Of a stretch of 64,000 bases of DNA, positions 27,970 through 39,042 are shown piece after piece (the stretch's first letter is position 1; each line of letters begins with the position of its first letter). This DNA is from a bacterium (GTDB lineage Bacteria; Electryoneota; Electryoneia; Electryoneales; Electryoneaceae): positions 1,568,001 to 1,632,000 of the forward strand of contig CAXXKJ010000002.1 in NCBI GenBank assembly GCA_963675295.2, given 5' to 3'. Position numbers and translations under genes: made by a program. The notes beneath the pieces are model-generated. The model was given only the letters and a program-made list of their open reading frames with translations. It did no database searches and was not told the DNA's origin.

Positions 27970-28368
27970 TCAGGCCTGGACGGCTTTGTAGCCGTAGTAG
28001 ATGACGCTGGCCTCGTTGTCATCGTACAGCTTGCGGAACTCGAAGTTGACCGGCATGCCGATCTTGACGTCGTCGACGTCGAGGTCGGTCAGCTGGCAGG
28101 TGAGCCGGACTCCGTCTTCGGTTTCGACCACGGCGAGTGCGTACGGCGCGAGGTCGGCGTACGGTGTCGGCGCGACACGGATGATGGTGTAGGTCACCAC
28201 CTTGCCGCTGCCGCTGAGCTGCACCTCTTCGAATGTCGCGTCGAGGTTGCCCGGCGCGACGAGACGCGGCGGGAAGTAGATTTTTCCCGTTTCGGTGTCC
28301 TTGTTCGCGATCATGCGGTACCGTTGCGGCTGTTCACGCCACACCCGGCCGGTTAATGTCTGGGCCAT
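27970..28368 (-). CDS. DUF35 OB-fold protein (Zn-ribbon cysteines absent)
   Basis: YFPPR, LSGSGKVVTYT, PYALAVVE, VKIGMPV..EFRKL, IYYGYK; lies downstream of the thiolase. Confidence 0.9.
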   Translation of the reverse strand: MAQTLTGRVWREQPQRYRMIANKDTETGKIYFPPRLVAPGNLDATFEEVQLSGSGKVVTYTIIRVAPTPYADLAPYALAVVETEDGVRLTCQLTDLDVDDVKIGMPVNFEFRKLYDDNEASVIYYGYKAVQA

Positions 28369-28402
28369 CGCTTTATCTCCTTACAATTCAATGTCTTCGA
28401 CA

Positions 28403-28474
28403 AGATCCTTCACTTCGTTCAGGATGACACCCTGCTGTCGCATCCTGTGGGACACTTTGTCCTCAAAGTGTCCC
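28403..28474. repeat. REP-like family C and family D copies
   Basis: AGATCCTTCACTTCGTTCAGGATGACAC is identical to 58460-58487; GGGACACTTTG-tcct-CAAAGTGTCCC. Confidence 0.8.
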
Positions 28475-28490
28475 CGATATCGTCCCCGGA

Positions 28491-29654
28491 CTAGACAGCC
28501 TCGAGAATCGAGACGACGCTGGAACCGCCCGAACCGCCCATGTTCTGCGCAAGGGCACGGTTCGCCTTCGCCAACTGGCGGCCGTTCTCGGCGGTGCCTC
28601 GGAGCTGCTTGACCAGCTCCACGATCTGCGCCACGCCGGTCGCGCCGACGGGATGGCCCTTCGACTTCAAGCCGCCGCTCGGGTTCACCGGGAACTTGCC
28701 GTCACGCGCGGTTTCGCCGGCCATTGATGCCGGGCCCGCCTTGCCGGGTTCGTAGACGCCCATCGCTTCGAGCACGGCGATTTCCGCGATCGTGAAGCAG
28801 TCGTGCACTTCGCAGAAGTCGATGTCATTGATGGTGACACCGGCGAGGTCGAGCGCGCGTTTGGTCGCGGTGGCGACAGCGCCGAGGTGCGTGATTTCCT
28901 TGCGGGCGTGCAACGCGAGCGTGTCGGTCGCCATGCCAACGCCGAGGATCTTGATGATCGGCAGGCCCATGCTCTTGGCGAGGTCAACCGGCGCGAGGAT
29001 CGCGGCCGCCGCGCCGTCCGTGACCGGGCTGCAGTCGAGGATGTGCAGCGGGTCGGCGACCATGGTGCTGTTGAGCACGCCGTCCACGGTGATCTTCGCC
29101 GGGAACTGCGCGTTCGGGTTGAGTGAGCCGTTGTCGTGGTTCTTCACCGCGACATGCGCCAACATTTCCGAGGTGGTGCCGTACTTGTCCATGTGCGCGT
29201 GCGCGAGCATCGCGTACAGGCCGGGGAAGGTCGCGCCGTGGAAGCCTTCGTACTCGGCGTCCGCCGCGGTGGCGAGGGCGTAGGTTGCCATGCCGCCGTC
29301 CACGTCCGTCATCTTCTCCACACCGCCCGCGAGCACAATGTCGCTGAGGCCGGAGGCGACTTCGATCCACGCCGACCGGATCGCCGTACCGCCGGAGGCG
29401 CAGGCCGACTCGACGCGTGTCGCCGGGATCGGCGCGACGCCGAGGTAGTCGGCCATCAGGCTGCCGATGTGTTCCTGGCCGACGAACAGGCCGCCGGACA
29501 TGCAGCCGATGTACATGCTGTCGAGGTTGTCGACGCCGGCGTCTTTCATCGCGCCCTTGGCCGCTTCCACGAACAGATCGCGATAGCTGCGTTCCCACAG
29601 TTCGCCAAACTTTGTCATCCCGATGCCGATGACCGCCACATCCCGCATCGTCAT
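28491..29654 (-). CDS. Acetoacetyl-CoA thiolase, archaeal/SCP2-like type
   Basis: [40 protein letters not shown]. Confidence 0.93.
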   Translation of the reverse strand: MTMRDVAVIGIGMTKFGELWERSYRDLFVEAAKGAMKDAGVDNLDSMYIGCMSGGLFVGQEHIGSLMADYLGVAPIPATRVESACASGGTAIRSAWIEVASGLSDIVLAGGVEKMTDVDGGMATYALATAADAEYEGFHGATFPGLYAMLAHAHMDKYGTTSEMLAHVAVKNHDNGSLNPNAQFPAKITVDGVLNSTMVADPLHILDCSPVTDGAAAAILAPVDLAKSMGLPIIKILGVGMATDTLALHARKEITHLGAVATATKRALDLAGVTINDIDFCEVHDCFTIAEIAVLEAMGVYEPGKAGPASMAGETARDGKFPVNPSGGLKSKGHPVGATGVAQIVELVKQLRGTAENGRQLAKANRALAQNMGGSGGSSVVSILEAV

Positions 29655-29787
29655 TCCCCTTCGTTTCTGTTCTGCTGTATCTGAAGTTTTTCGTTTCGAA
29701 TCAGATAGATTCAGTCCTCAGTCAACGGGTCCGCGTCCGCAAGCGAACACGGGCACATTGTTTTCCGCCGACAGCAGCCCCGCAGCC

Positions 29788-30102
29788 CTAGCCTGTCAGC
29801 CGGTCCTGGATCGTTTTCCCGCCTATGTACACCAGCGGCAGGAACGGCAGCAGGCCGATGATGTCCAGCCGGCCAACGAAGATCCAGATTTCAATGTTCA
29901 CCCACGCGGTAAACGCCAGCCCACCAGCGAAGATGAGGACATTCAGCCACGCATTCCCCAGCGCGCTGCTGCGCCAGATCCAGACTGCCAACGCGAGGAA
30001 CGCGGCCACGTTCAGATAGCGCAGGATCTTGAGCCAGATCGGCATGCCCTGCACCATCGCGAGCACCTGTTCGCGCAGTGCTTCAACGTCGAGACTGTCC
30101 AT
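29788..30102 (-). CDS. Small membrane protein
   Basis: 104 aa with about 3 hydrophobic segments. Confidence 0.6.
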   Translation of the reverse strand: MDSLDVEALREQVLAMVQGMPIWLKILRYLNVAAFLALAVWIWRSSALGNAWLNVLIFAGGLAFTAWVNIEIWIFVGRLDIIGLLPFLPLVYIGGKTIQDRLTG

Positions 30103-30109
30103 CGGCCGG

Positions 30110-30376
30110 TTATCCCCGCAGTCGTCTCACTTCCGTGTACCAGCCGTTGAGTACAGCGCTTGCCAATCGTTCACAGGGACACTCGCCGTCCCGGATCTCG
30201 ATCTGGTAACTCTCCCGGGCTTCGGTTTCGCTGATCTGGAAGCTCAGGATCTGACGATCACCCTGTTTCATCGTGAGGATGAAGAAGCGTTCGTCGCGTC
30301 CGTCCCATCGTTTCACGATCTCCGTGCAACAGGTGATGATCGGAGGAGTTTGGTCCGTTGGACTCACCATACGCAT
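30110..30376 (-). CDS. Small hypothetical protein
   Basis: 88-aa ORF packed in tandem; AGGTG upstream. Confidence 0.5.
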   Translation of the reverse strand: MRMVSPTDQTPPIITCCTEIVKRWDGRDERFFILTMKQGDRQILSFQISETEARESYQIEIRDGECPCERLASAVLNGWYTEVRRLRG

Positions 30377-30394
30377 ACACCTGAGTTCATCGAA

Positions 30395-30544
30395 TCAGAT
30401 TTCGTCCCGGTTCCGCCGGAAAAAGATGAACGGCAGGAACAGGAACAGGCCAAATCCCCCACGTGGCCCAAGCCACAACCACAGGATGGCGTTGATGATG
30501 ACCATGGAAAGAATGGCAATCAACCACCAGCGTTTGCGACTCAT
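30395..30544 (-). CDS. 49-aa two-TM micropeptide (absent from the ORF track)
   Basis: Manual translation MSRKRWWLIAILSMVIINAILWLWLGPRGGFGLFLFLPFIFFRRNRDEI. Confidence 0.6.
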   Translation of the reverse strand: MSRKRWWLIAILSMVIINAILWLWLGPRGGFGLFLFLPFIFFRRNRDEI

Positions 30545-30561
30545 GACCGGCTACTCGTTGT

Positions 30562-30660
30562 TCACGACTTGCTGCACGTTATCGGGCAGTATTTTCCACA
30601 CACCTTCGCCAGCAGTGCAAGGACAACCGCCACGATGGCGAAAATGATCAGTTTCTTCAT
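30562..30660 (-). CDS. 32-aa single-TM/signal peptide with a Cys-rich tail (absent from the ORF track)
   Basis: GGAG RBS; MKKLIIFAIVAVVLALLAKVCGKYCPITCSKS. Confidence 0.55.
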   Translation of the reverse strand: MKKLIIFAIVAVVLALLAKVCGKYCPITCSKS

Positions 30661-30695
30661 CTGTATCTCCATTCAGGGGTGCTCAGCGGCATCCC

Positions 30696-30989
30696 TTACT
30701 CACCCCAAATCTGCTTATGCAGCCACTTCAGTGCCGTCGGGATGATGAGCGTCAACACGGCGGCGATGGTGAACAGCCAGATCATGCTCACCGGCCGCCA
30801 GCCGAATCGCTCAAGAACCTGGTAGTTGACGAAGGTGATGATCGCAAAGGTGGTCCAATAGGTCCACGGCTGCGCGCGTTCAATCTTGTGCTCGATCACC
30901 GTCAGCCACCAGAACCCGGCAAGCACGCCGATCAAGGCGACAATTCCGCCAATGCCGATCAGCCATTCGCCGGGCGTCAACGGCGTCAC
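30696..30989 (-). CDS. Small three-TM membrane protein
   Basis: GTG start overlaps the HMG-CoA synthase TGA; hydrophobic segments. Confidence 0.65.
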   Translation of the reverse strand: MTPLTPGEWLIGIGGIVALIGVLAGFWWLTVIEHKIERAQPWTYWTTFAIITFVNYQVLERFGWRPVSMIWLFTIAAVLTLIIPTALKWLHKQIWGE

Positions 30990-32041
30990 GAGTTCCGCAG
31001 AATCTTGTGGCGGAACTTGGCGTACTGGCCGTAGCTGAGGTAGCGCTTGTCCTCATCCAGCTGCGGACGTGTATGCGGCGCCTTGTCCTGCAGCGCGGTG
31101 ATTTCGTCGGTGACGGTGAAGATGAAGCCGTCCGAACCTGCGCCGGAGCCGTAGCTGACCATAAAGATCTTGTCGCCCGGCTTGGCGATGTCGAGCACCG
31201 CGCTCAGCCCGATCGGGCTCGCGCCGGAATAGGTGTTGCCGAGCCACGGGGTCAGCCAGCCGGTCTTGAACCCGTCACCCTTGACGTCGAAGCCGAGCAT
31301 TTTCGCCGCACGTTGCGGGAACTTGCCGTTCGGCTGGTGGAAGACACAGTAGTCGAAGTCTTCGGGCTTCATGCCGGACTTTTCGAGCAACGCGTTCGCG
31401 CAACCCATCGTGGTGCGGAAGAACGCTGGCTCACCGGTGAAACGTCCGGCGTGTTGCGGGTAGTGTTCGTACTCACGGCGCCAGAAGTCCGGCGTGTCGC
31501 TCATCCACGAGTGGGTGTAATCGATCGTCGCGACGACTTTGTCCTTGCCCATGATGAATGCTGCCGCGCCGGCGGACGCCGAATACTCAAGCGCGTCACC
31601 CGGGGCGCCTTGCGAGGTGTCCGCACCGATGCCGACGGCGTAGTCCATCTCACCGGCCTTGACCAGCGAATGGGCGACGTACATCGCCTGCGATCCAGCC
31701 TTGCATGCAAATTCGAAGTCGGCACAGTGGGTATCGTGTCCCGCGCCGATGGCTTCGGCGACGGTGGTCCCGGATGGTTTCACGGCGTACGGGTGGGATT
31801 CCGACCCGATGTAAAGCGCGCCGATTTTGAGCGGGTCGATGCCGGCACGCATCAGGGCGCGACGCGCGGCGGTGACAGAGAGGGTGATCACGTCTTCGTC
31901 CGGACCCGGAACGGACTTTTCATACAACAGCAGGCCCTTCTTGTAACTGGGAGCGTCCGCCCCCCAGACTTCAGCAATGGTCTCCAGCTTGATTCGGTTC
32001 CGTGGGAGTTTGCATCCCCAGCCGACAATCCCGACGCTCAT
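30986..32041 (-). CDS. Hydroxymethylglutaryl-CoA synthase, archaeal type
   Basis: EKSVPGPDED, GSESHPYAVKP, EFACKAG, DTPDFWRR, FHQPNGKFP, GNTYSG, SYGSGAGSD. Confidence 0.93.
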   Translation of the reverse strand: MSVGIVGWGCKLPRNRIKLETIAEVWGADAPSYKKGLLLYEKSVPGPDEDVITLSVTAARRALMRAGIDPLKIGALYIGSESHPYAVKPSGTTVAEAIGAGHDTHCADFEFACKAGSQAMYVAHSLVKAGEMDYAVGIGADTSQGAPGDALEYSASAGAAAFIMGKDKVVATIDYTHSWMSDTPDFWRREYEHYPQHAGRFTGEPAFFRTTMGCANALLEKSGMKPEDFDYCVFHQPNGKFPQRAAKMLGFDVKGDGFKTGWLTPWLGNTYSGASPIGLSAVLDIAKPGDKIFMVSYGSGAGSDGFIFTVTDEITALQDKAPHTRPQLDEDKRYLSYGQYAKFRHKILRNS

Positions 32042-32564
32042 GGGTTCTCCTCAAAGCTCTGGTCTATGATCTGAAGTTTGTGTTGCACACGAAGAGGTGA
32101 AAAAGAACTAGGCCGTTCGCACGATCCGTCACAATGGAATAAGAAGATAATCGCAGACTCATCGAACGCAAACGGTTAGGACGTGCGAACATGCGTCTCG
32201 CGCTGTGGGGCGCTCTCGGGGACCGGTTTTGTCCCAGTGACCCGCGCGTTCGTGTGTTCGGTTCGGAGGGGTCAACGGTTCGATGTGTCGCGGTATCGGG
32301 ATTAAGATGGGCCAGAGTGTCAATGGGCAGTCGCTGGACAAGCCGCGGTGGCAAACAGAAGCTCCCCCGGGCATCATCGTTGATCCACTTCCGGACCACC
32401 CGCGATAGCCGTCACAAACAGACGTGACGGACATTCACGGGCACCGTTCTAAAAGCCGTGGCAGGCAATCACGGACACCAACCGCATATGGCATCGGCAG
32501 TTATTAACGTGTCCGCTTCTCCCGTCGTATATTGACCATATCTCGAATTCCACCGAGGCGCCCA

Positions 32565-34136
32565 ATGACACGCCCGTTCCCGACACGGACACGCCGTTCC
32601 TTCACACCATCACACCGTTTCCTGACACTCGCCCTGATCATCCTTCCCCTGCTGATCGCGTCCGCCGCCACTGCCCAACCCCCCGACACTTTGTGGACAA
32701 AGACTTGGGATTACGGATCAGATTACGAGTACATGGAAGCTGTCCGCGCCTTACCGGATGGTGGATACATCGCCACTGGCTATACTGATTACTATGAAAC
32801 AAACATCCAGTACTGGACAGCCCGGCTCGACCAGGACGGAAACGAAATCTGGCTGCATATTGAAGGATCAGCGTCTTCGGATGGTGCTCATTACATCGAA
32901 CCGACCAGCGATGGTGGATTCATCCAATGCGGCGAGGTATGGGGAAACGGCTTTGACCCTTACATCCGCAAACTCGACGCTGATGGCAATGAAGAGTGGC
33001 GGACAGTTATTCCTGGCTGGATCATCGGCGAACTGTTTTACTGCGTTCGCGAAGTTCAAGCGGGGGGGTACATCGCAGTTGGCTATTCCGCGAATGGGAC
33101 AGCGTTCCGTTTCGACGAGGACGGGAATTTCATGTGGCAATGGACGGACGAGGATTCGCTCTACAAACCGCAGTGGATTGAACCCACTGCCGATGGCGGT
33201 TTTGTGACGTGCTCAGATCACTGGAATGAAGATCTCCAAACTCGTGTACCCATCTTCTACAAGCTTAACGCGGATGGAGATGTCGTCTGGACGAATGATG
33301 AGTTGCTTCCAGGACAACCAGTTGAAGGACAGGCGTTCTGTGTCCGTGAGGATGAGGATGGGACGCTGTATACATCTGGATCATTCAGATCTGACTCGAC
33401 CTATTATGATTTTAATGTCACGAAGCGCACATCAGAAGGTGAAGTCATCTGGTCGCTGGTTGTTCCAAATCCTGACGGACCAAGTAATGGTTTTGATTGT
33501 TGCCTTGAACATGTCATTCTCCCAGATGGGAACATAATCGCCGGTGGCTATGGGCAAGAGATGGACTACAGTTTTAACGTATGGCTGATGAAGGTGTCGT
33601 CCGAAGGCGAAATGCTTTGGCTTGATGCGATACCAAGAGGTGATATTTCCTCCCTCGATTTTGGTCAAGATGGATCGGTAATCGCGGCATGGTATGATCG
33701 GGTAAACGGCGGCTGGAATTCCGAGAATCTGGCGTTGATGAAATGGGAATCAGAAGTGAAGGTGCTGCTCGATCCGTATGTGCAGATTGTTCCACCACAA
33801 GGCCGGAGGACGCACTACCGCGCATATGTCGGAAACATCCTCCTCAATCCGACGCCGCTCGACGTCTGGGCAACAGTCACCACACCCGCCGGAAACACGT
33901 TCCCGTTGCAGCAGATCGCGGTGACGTTGCAGCCGGGTGGGACGTTTTACCGTCCAAGAGTCCCGCTCGATATCCCCGCCGCCGCGCCGCCGGGTGAGTA
34001 CACGTTCGAGCTGCATGTCGGCGTCGCGCCGCCAACCGTTCCGCCCGGCGGACCCAACGGCAGCCGTCACATGGGGCTGGGGTCGTTCACGTTTACGAAA
34101 ACCGTTAGTCGGTTGTCGGTAATCGGTTGCCGGTGA
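32565..34136 (+). CDS. Secreted beta-propeller-repeat protein with a C-terminal Ig-like module
   Basis: Signal peptide, QPPDTLWTKT, repeated DGG[YF]I...KLDADG..W units; no T9SS CTD. Confidence 0.8.
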   Translation: MTRPFPTRTRRSFTPSHRFLTLALIILPLLIASAATAQPPDTLWTKTWDYGSDYEYMEAVRALPDGGYIATGYTDYYETNIQYWTARLDQDGNEIWLHIEGSASSDGAHYIEPTSDGGFIQCGEVWGNGFDPYIRKLDADGNEEWRTVIPGWIIGELFYCVREVQAGGYIAVGYSANGTAFRFDEDGNFMWQWTDEDSLYKPQWIEPTADGGFVTCSDHWNEDLQTRVPIFYKLNADGDVVWTNDELLPGQPVEGQAFCVREDEDGTLYTSGSFRSDSTYYDFNVTKRTSEGEVIWSLVVPNPDGPSNGFDCCLEHVILPDGNIIAGGYGQEMDYSFNVWLMKVSSEGEMLWLDAIPRGDISSLDFGQDGSVIAAWYDRVNGGWNSENLALMKWESEVKVLLDPYVQIVPPQGRRTHYRAYVGNILLNPTPLDVWATVTTPAGNTFPLQQIAVTLQPGGTFYRPRVPLDIPAAAPPGEYTFELHVGVAPPTVPPGGPNGSRHMGLGSFTFTKTVSRLSVIGCR

Positions 34137-34240
34137 TCGGTAACTGATAACTGACAACTGACAACTGACAACTGACCACTGACCACTGACCACTGACCAC
34201 TGACCACAGCCCATAGCCCGCCGTCCGCAGTCCGTAGCCT
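34105..34240. repeat. Heptamer arrays: TCGGTNN units followed by (A/C)ACTGAC x9 and variants
   Basis: Read directly; the two halves are quasi-complementary. Confidence 0.9.
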
Positions 34241-34316
34241 ACTGAGCCTCATCCACTCGCGTGAGCGGATTCCGTTGGCTACCTTCCAGCGGAGACGAAC
34301 TCAACCGGACCGGACC

Positions 34317-35687
<1,371 letters not shown>

Positions 35688-36018
35688 CCGAAAAGAGAGC
35701 ACTCCCGAAAAACTGTCGCTTTGTTCAACATTTCCGCCATCCGATTCCGGATGGCGTTTTTTCTCAGGCAAGCCGAGGTAACTCTACCCGGTACCCGGAG
35801 ATACTTACCCTCGCACGAACGTGTTGCAACCAGCTGTTTATCAAGACGATCCAGTTGGCAAACACCAGTCTCGCAATCAGGAGCGACCACCGCAGGCAGG
35901 CAGCTCTCCCGCGTTTTTTGTCCCGGACCATTGCTCACCCTTCCAGTGCCGAACCATTGCACTTCGAAAGTAGTCCCGATCAAGAGAGCCAAAAATGATA
36001 CTAAGTAGAAGTTTGAGC

Positions 36019-36047
36019 TTGACATTTATAACTATAGGGAGTATACT
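36019..36047 (+). promoter_or_regulatory. Sigma-70 promoter
   Basis: TTGACA-17 bp-TATACT upstream of the porin-like gene. Confidence 0.75.
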
Positions 36048-36128
36048 ACCCCTGAATACTGATAAAAATGCTAGCGCAGAGTTATCAGTTTTCGGTTACC
36101 GGGAGGGAACACAGCAGTGGAGTCGGCC

Positions 36129-37319
36129 ATGAAGAAGCGAAACAGAGTCATGTTTGTTGCGGTTTGCCTGGTGTCGGTGTTTGCAATGGCGGGAGTGGTG
36201 TACGCAGCGGATGAAGAGGGGTCCAACCTCGCACCGCCACAGCCGCGTCCGTTGGGTGACGAAATGCATCCGGTGAGTGAACGGTTCAACGTGGCGGGAT
36301 ACGGCGAGCACTTGTTCGCTCGGGACCGTGGCGCGGTGGGCACGTTCGAGGAGCAGCACGGCATTTTGCTGGATCTGGGCTATGAGCTATCGGAACGGTT
36401 GAGCATCGGAACTCGGCTGGAAGCGGCCTTTGCGAGTGTGGAATCGGAGGGCATCGCTTCGGTGGACGAGTTGTGGTTGGAAGTGGCGATGGTGGACGAG
36501 TTGAACCTGCGCATTGGTCGTGCGCCGGTGCCGGTATCGTGGCACAACCTCGATTTCCAGCCGCTCGGGTACCTGGGTGTGTCGCAGCCGTTCGTGGAAA
36601 CGTACATCGTGCCGAACAACTGGACGGTTGATGGCGCGGGCATGTTCGGCAACCTCGGTGCGGGCTTGAGCTACCAGGCGATTGTTGGCAAGGGTCTGCA
36701 GAGTGAGTGTTTCTGCGCGTCCAACGGCTTCGGCGGGGACAATCTCGAGCAGAATGCGGACTTCAACAATCCGGCGGTGATGGGTCGTCTCGACTTCGAA
36801 TTTGACCTGTTCCCGAACGCGATCAGCAGCAGCGGTGTCGGTGTGTTCGGCTACATGGGAGAAACGCAGACGCCTGCGGAAGTGGAAGGTGTCGAAGCCA
36901 ACACCGTCATCAGCATGGTCAGCATGGAAGCTCGCACCAGTTATCGTACGCTGCAGCTGCATGGCTTCTACGCGCGGGGCTCGATTGAAGACGCGTTCCT
37001 GTTTGATGGCCTCGCCAAGCAATTTGTCGGCTATTCGTTGCAGGGTTCGGTGAACGTGTATCCAGACCGTTGGCGCAAGGGTTGGTTTGAAGACGCCGAC
37101 CTGAACCTGTTCACACGCTACGAAGTCTACGACACGCAACATGAGATGCCGGAAGGTGTCGTGCCGGACACGCGCTATGACCGTGACGCCTGGTCCACCG
37201 GCTTCAGCTTCCTGCCGATCAAGCACCTCGCGTTCAAGGCGGAATACCAGTTGATTCAGAACCAGTCGTTCGTCAGCACCGCTGATCAGGTTGTCGTTGG
37301 AATCGGCTGGGGATTCTGA
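36129..37319 (+). CDS. Outer-membrane beta-barrel (porin-like) protein
   Basis: Signal peptide, amphipathic strands, LAFKAEYQ, terminal GIGWGF. Confidence 0.8.
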   Translation: MKKRNRVMFVAVCLVSVFAMAGVVYAADEEGSNLAPPQPRPLGDEMHPVSERFNVAGYGEHLFARDRGAVGTFEEQHGILLDLGYELSERLSIGTRLEAAFASVESEGIASVDELWLEVAMVDELNLRIGRAPVPVSWHNLDFQPLGYLGVSQPFVETYIVPNNWTVDGAGMFGNLGAGLSYQAIVGKGLQSECFCASNGFGGDNLEQNADFNNPAVMGRLDFEFDLFPNAISSSGVGVFGYMGETQTPAEVEGVEANTVISMVSMEARTSYRTLQLHGFYARGSIEDAFLFDGLAKQFVGYSLQGSVNVYPDRWRKGWFEDADLNLFTRYEVYDTQHEMPEGVVPDTRYDRDAWSTGFSFLPIKHLAFKAEYQLIQNQSFVSTADQVVVGIGWGF

Positions 37320-37455
37320 TGCAGTAAGGCGTGACGGATGACGAAGTTGTCATCCTCGTGTGGTCTGCTCCACAGTTGCAATGTTATTGGATTCCGGTCT
37401 CAGTATGGGGCCGGAATCCGTTGTCTCCTGCCAGTTGTGCGCCTACCTTGCGCAC

Positions 37456-38541
37456 ATGTTCATCGACAGAGTAGAAATCGAAGTCCGGGCGGGACGTGGC
37501 GGCGACGGCATCGTCTCCTTCCGGCGTGAAAAATTCGTGCCGAAAGGTGGCCCGGACGGCGGCGACGGCGGCCGCGGCGGGTCGGTCCTGCTGAGGGTGG
37601 ATCCGCAGCTCGGTACGTTGTTGGATTTGCGGTACCGCAACGTGATCAAGGCGGAAAACGGCAAGCACGGGCAGGGCTCGAAGCGGTCCGGCAAATCGGG
37701 CAAGGATGAGGCCATCCGTGTGCCGCCGGGGACGGTTGTCTTCGACGCAAAGACCGGCGAATTGATCGGCGACCTCACCGAGGAAGGGCACGAGCTGGTT
37801 GTCGCCGGGGGCGGTCGTGGCGGCAAAGGCAACCCGCACTTCGCGACGCCAACCCTCCGTACGCCACGCAAGGCGACCGAGGGCAAGCCGGGCCAGCAGC
37901 GGATGTTGCGGCTCGAGCTGAAACTGCTCGCCGATGTCGGGCTGGTCGGACTGCCGAACGCCGGCAAGTCGACGCTACTGAGCGTGATCACCGCCGCGCG
38001 TCCCGAGATCGCGGCGTATCCGTTTACGACGCTGACCCCGCACCTGGGGATTGTCAAGGTGGGGTCGTACGAATCGTTCGTCGTCGCCGACATCCCGGGC
38101 CTGATCGAGGGCGCGGCAGATGGCAAGGGGTTGGGGCACCAGTTCCTGAGTCACGTCGAACGGACGCGTGTCCTGGCGATCCTGATTGACGCGCTGGACG
38201 AAAATCCTGACGAAACGCTCGCCGTGCTGCTCAAGGAACTGGAAGAGTTCAACCCGGACTTGCTGGATCGTCCACGGATTGTCGTGCGCACCAAGAACGA
38301 TCTCGGTGGGGAACCGTGGTCCGGCGAACAACTGCGGATCAGCGGCGCGACCGGTGAGAATGTCGATACGCTGGTGCGGGAGTTGTACGAGCTGGTGCAA
38401 AGCACGCCGCCGCCGCCGGTGCAGTGGCGTCTGCCCGACGATCAGCTGTCCGGGGACAGTGATGACGACGGCGCTGACGAAGCCGAATGGGAGTGGGCGT
38501 TCGAGGATGAGGATGACCCGGACGAGGATGACGATCGGTAG
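37456..38541 (+). CDS. obgE: GTPase ObgE/CgtA
   Basis: [42 protein letters not shown]. Confidence 0.97.
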   Translation: MFIDRVEIEVRAGRGGDGIVSFRREKFVPKGGPDGGDGGRGGSVLLRVDPQLGTLLDLRYRNVIKAENGKHGQGSKRSGKSGKDEAIRVPPGTVVFDAKTGELIGDLTEEGHELVVAGGGRGGKGNPHFATPTLRTPRKATEGKPGQQRMLRLELKLLADVGLVGLPNAGKSTLLSVITAARPEIAAYPFTTLTPHLGIVKVGSYESFVVADIPGLIEGAADGKGLGHQFLSHVERTRVLAILIDALDENPDETLAVLLKELEEFNPDLLDRPRIVVRTKNDLGGEPWSGEQLRISGATGENVDTLVRELYELVQSTPPPPVQWRLPDDQLSGDSDDDGADEAEWEWAFEDEDDPDEDDDR

Positions 38542-39033
38542 GCGGTTACCGGTGATCGTTTGTCGGTGATCGGTGTTTGGTATTCGGTGATCTGTGATCG
38601 GTAGGCGGTTAGCGATGGCCGGTGATCGGCGGTGGATGCTAGAAGTTGGAGTCAGATCGCAATGCATTACCACGGACTTAAGTCCGTGGTAAGTCGCACA
38701 GCTTGGGATCAGATCTACTGGTCTATGGTCGTCAGATCCCAGGTGCGTCATTCTGAAGGTCACGAAGTGACCTGAAGAAGTTCCTGATGGTCTGAAGAAG
38801 GTCAAGATGGATTGAAGCTGGAATCAACTAAATCTTCTTCACTTTGTTCAGAATGACGTGTATTTGTCGTTTTGCTATTATTTATAAAGTGTATCATTCT
38901 GAATGTAGCGCAGCGAAGTGAAGAATCTCATCTTTTTCAGCTTTGTCTTTTGCATCTGTTGCATCTTTTGCGTCAGTTGCTTTCTTTGACTGTCTTTTAC
39001 TGTTTTTTCCTGTCTTTTCCTGTCAGTTACTTG
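38534..39033. repeat. Composite intergenic repeat region
   Basis: NNTCGGT heptamers at 38534-38635, palindrome at 38667-38692, GTCATTCTGAA-type copies at 38747-38930, nonamers at 38940-39033. Confidence 0.85.
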
Positions 39034-39042
39034 TACGAAACC

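Noticed and set aside
29788-30989. Integron cassette array
   Set aside because: The spacers are only 7-35 bp, there is no attC-like RYYYAAC...GTTRRRY structure, and there is no integrase.
35700-36000. Sigma-54 promoter downstream of the NtrC-like gene
   Set aside because: No TGGCAC-N5-TTGC with correct spacing was found.
38872-39042. N-terminal extension of DprA (and the Cys-rich extension of SucB at 12409-12513)
   Set aside because: These are read-through of non-coding repeat arrays; better starts lie downstream.
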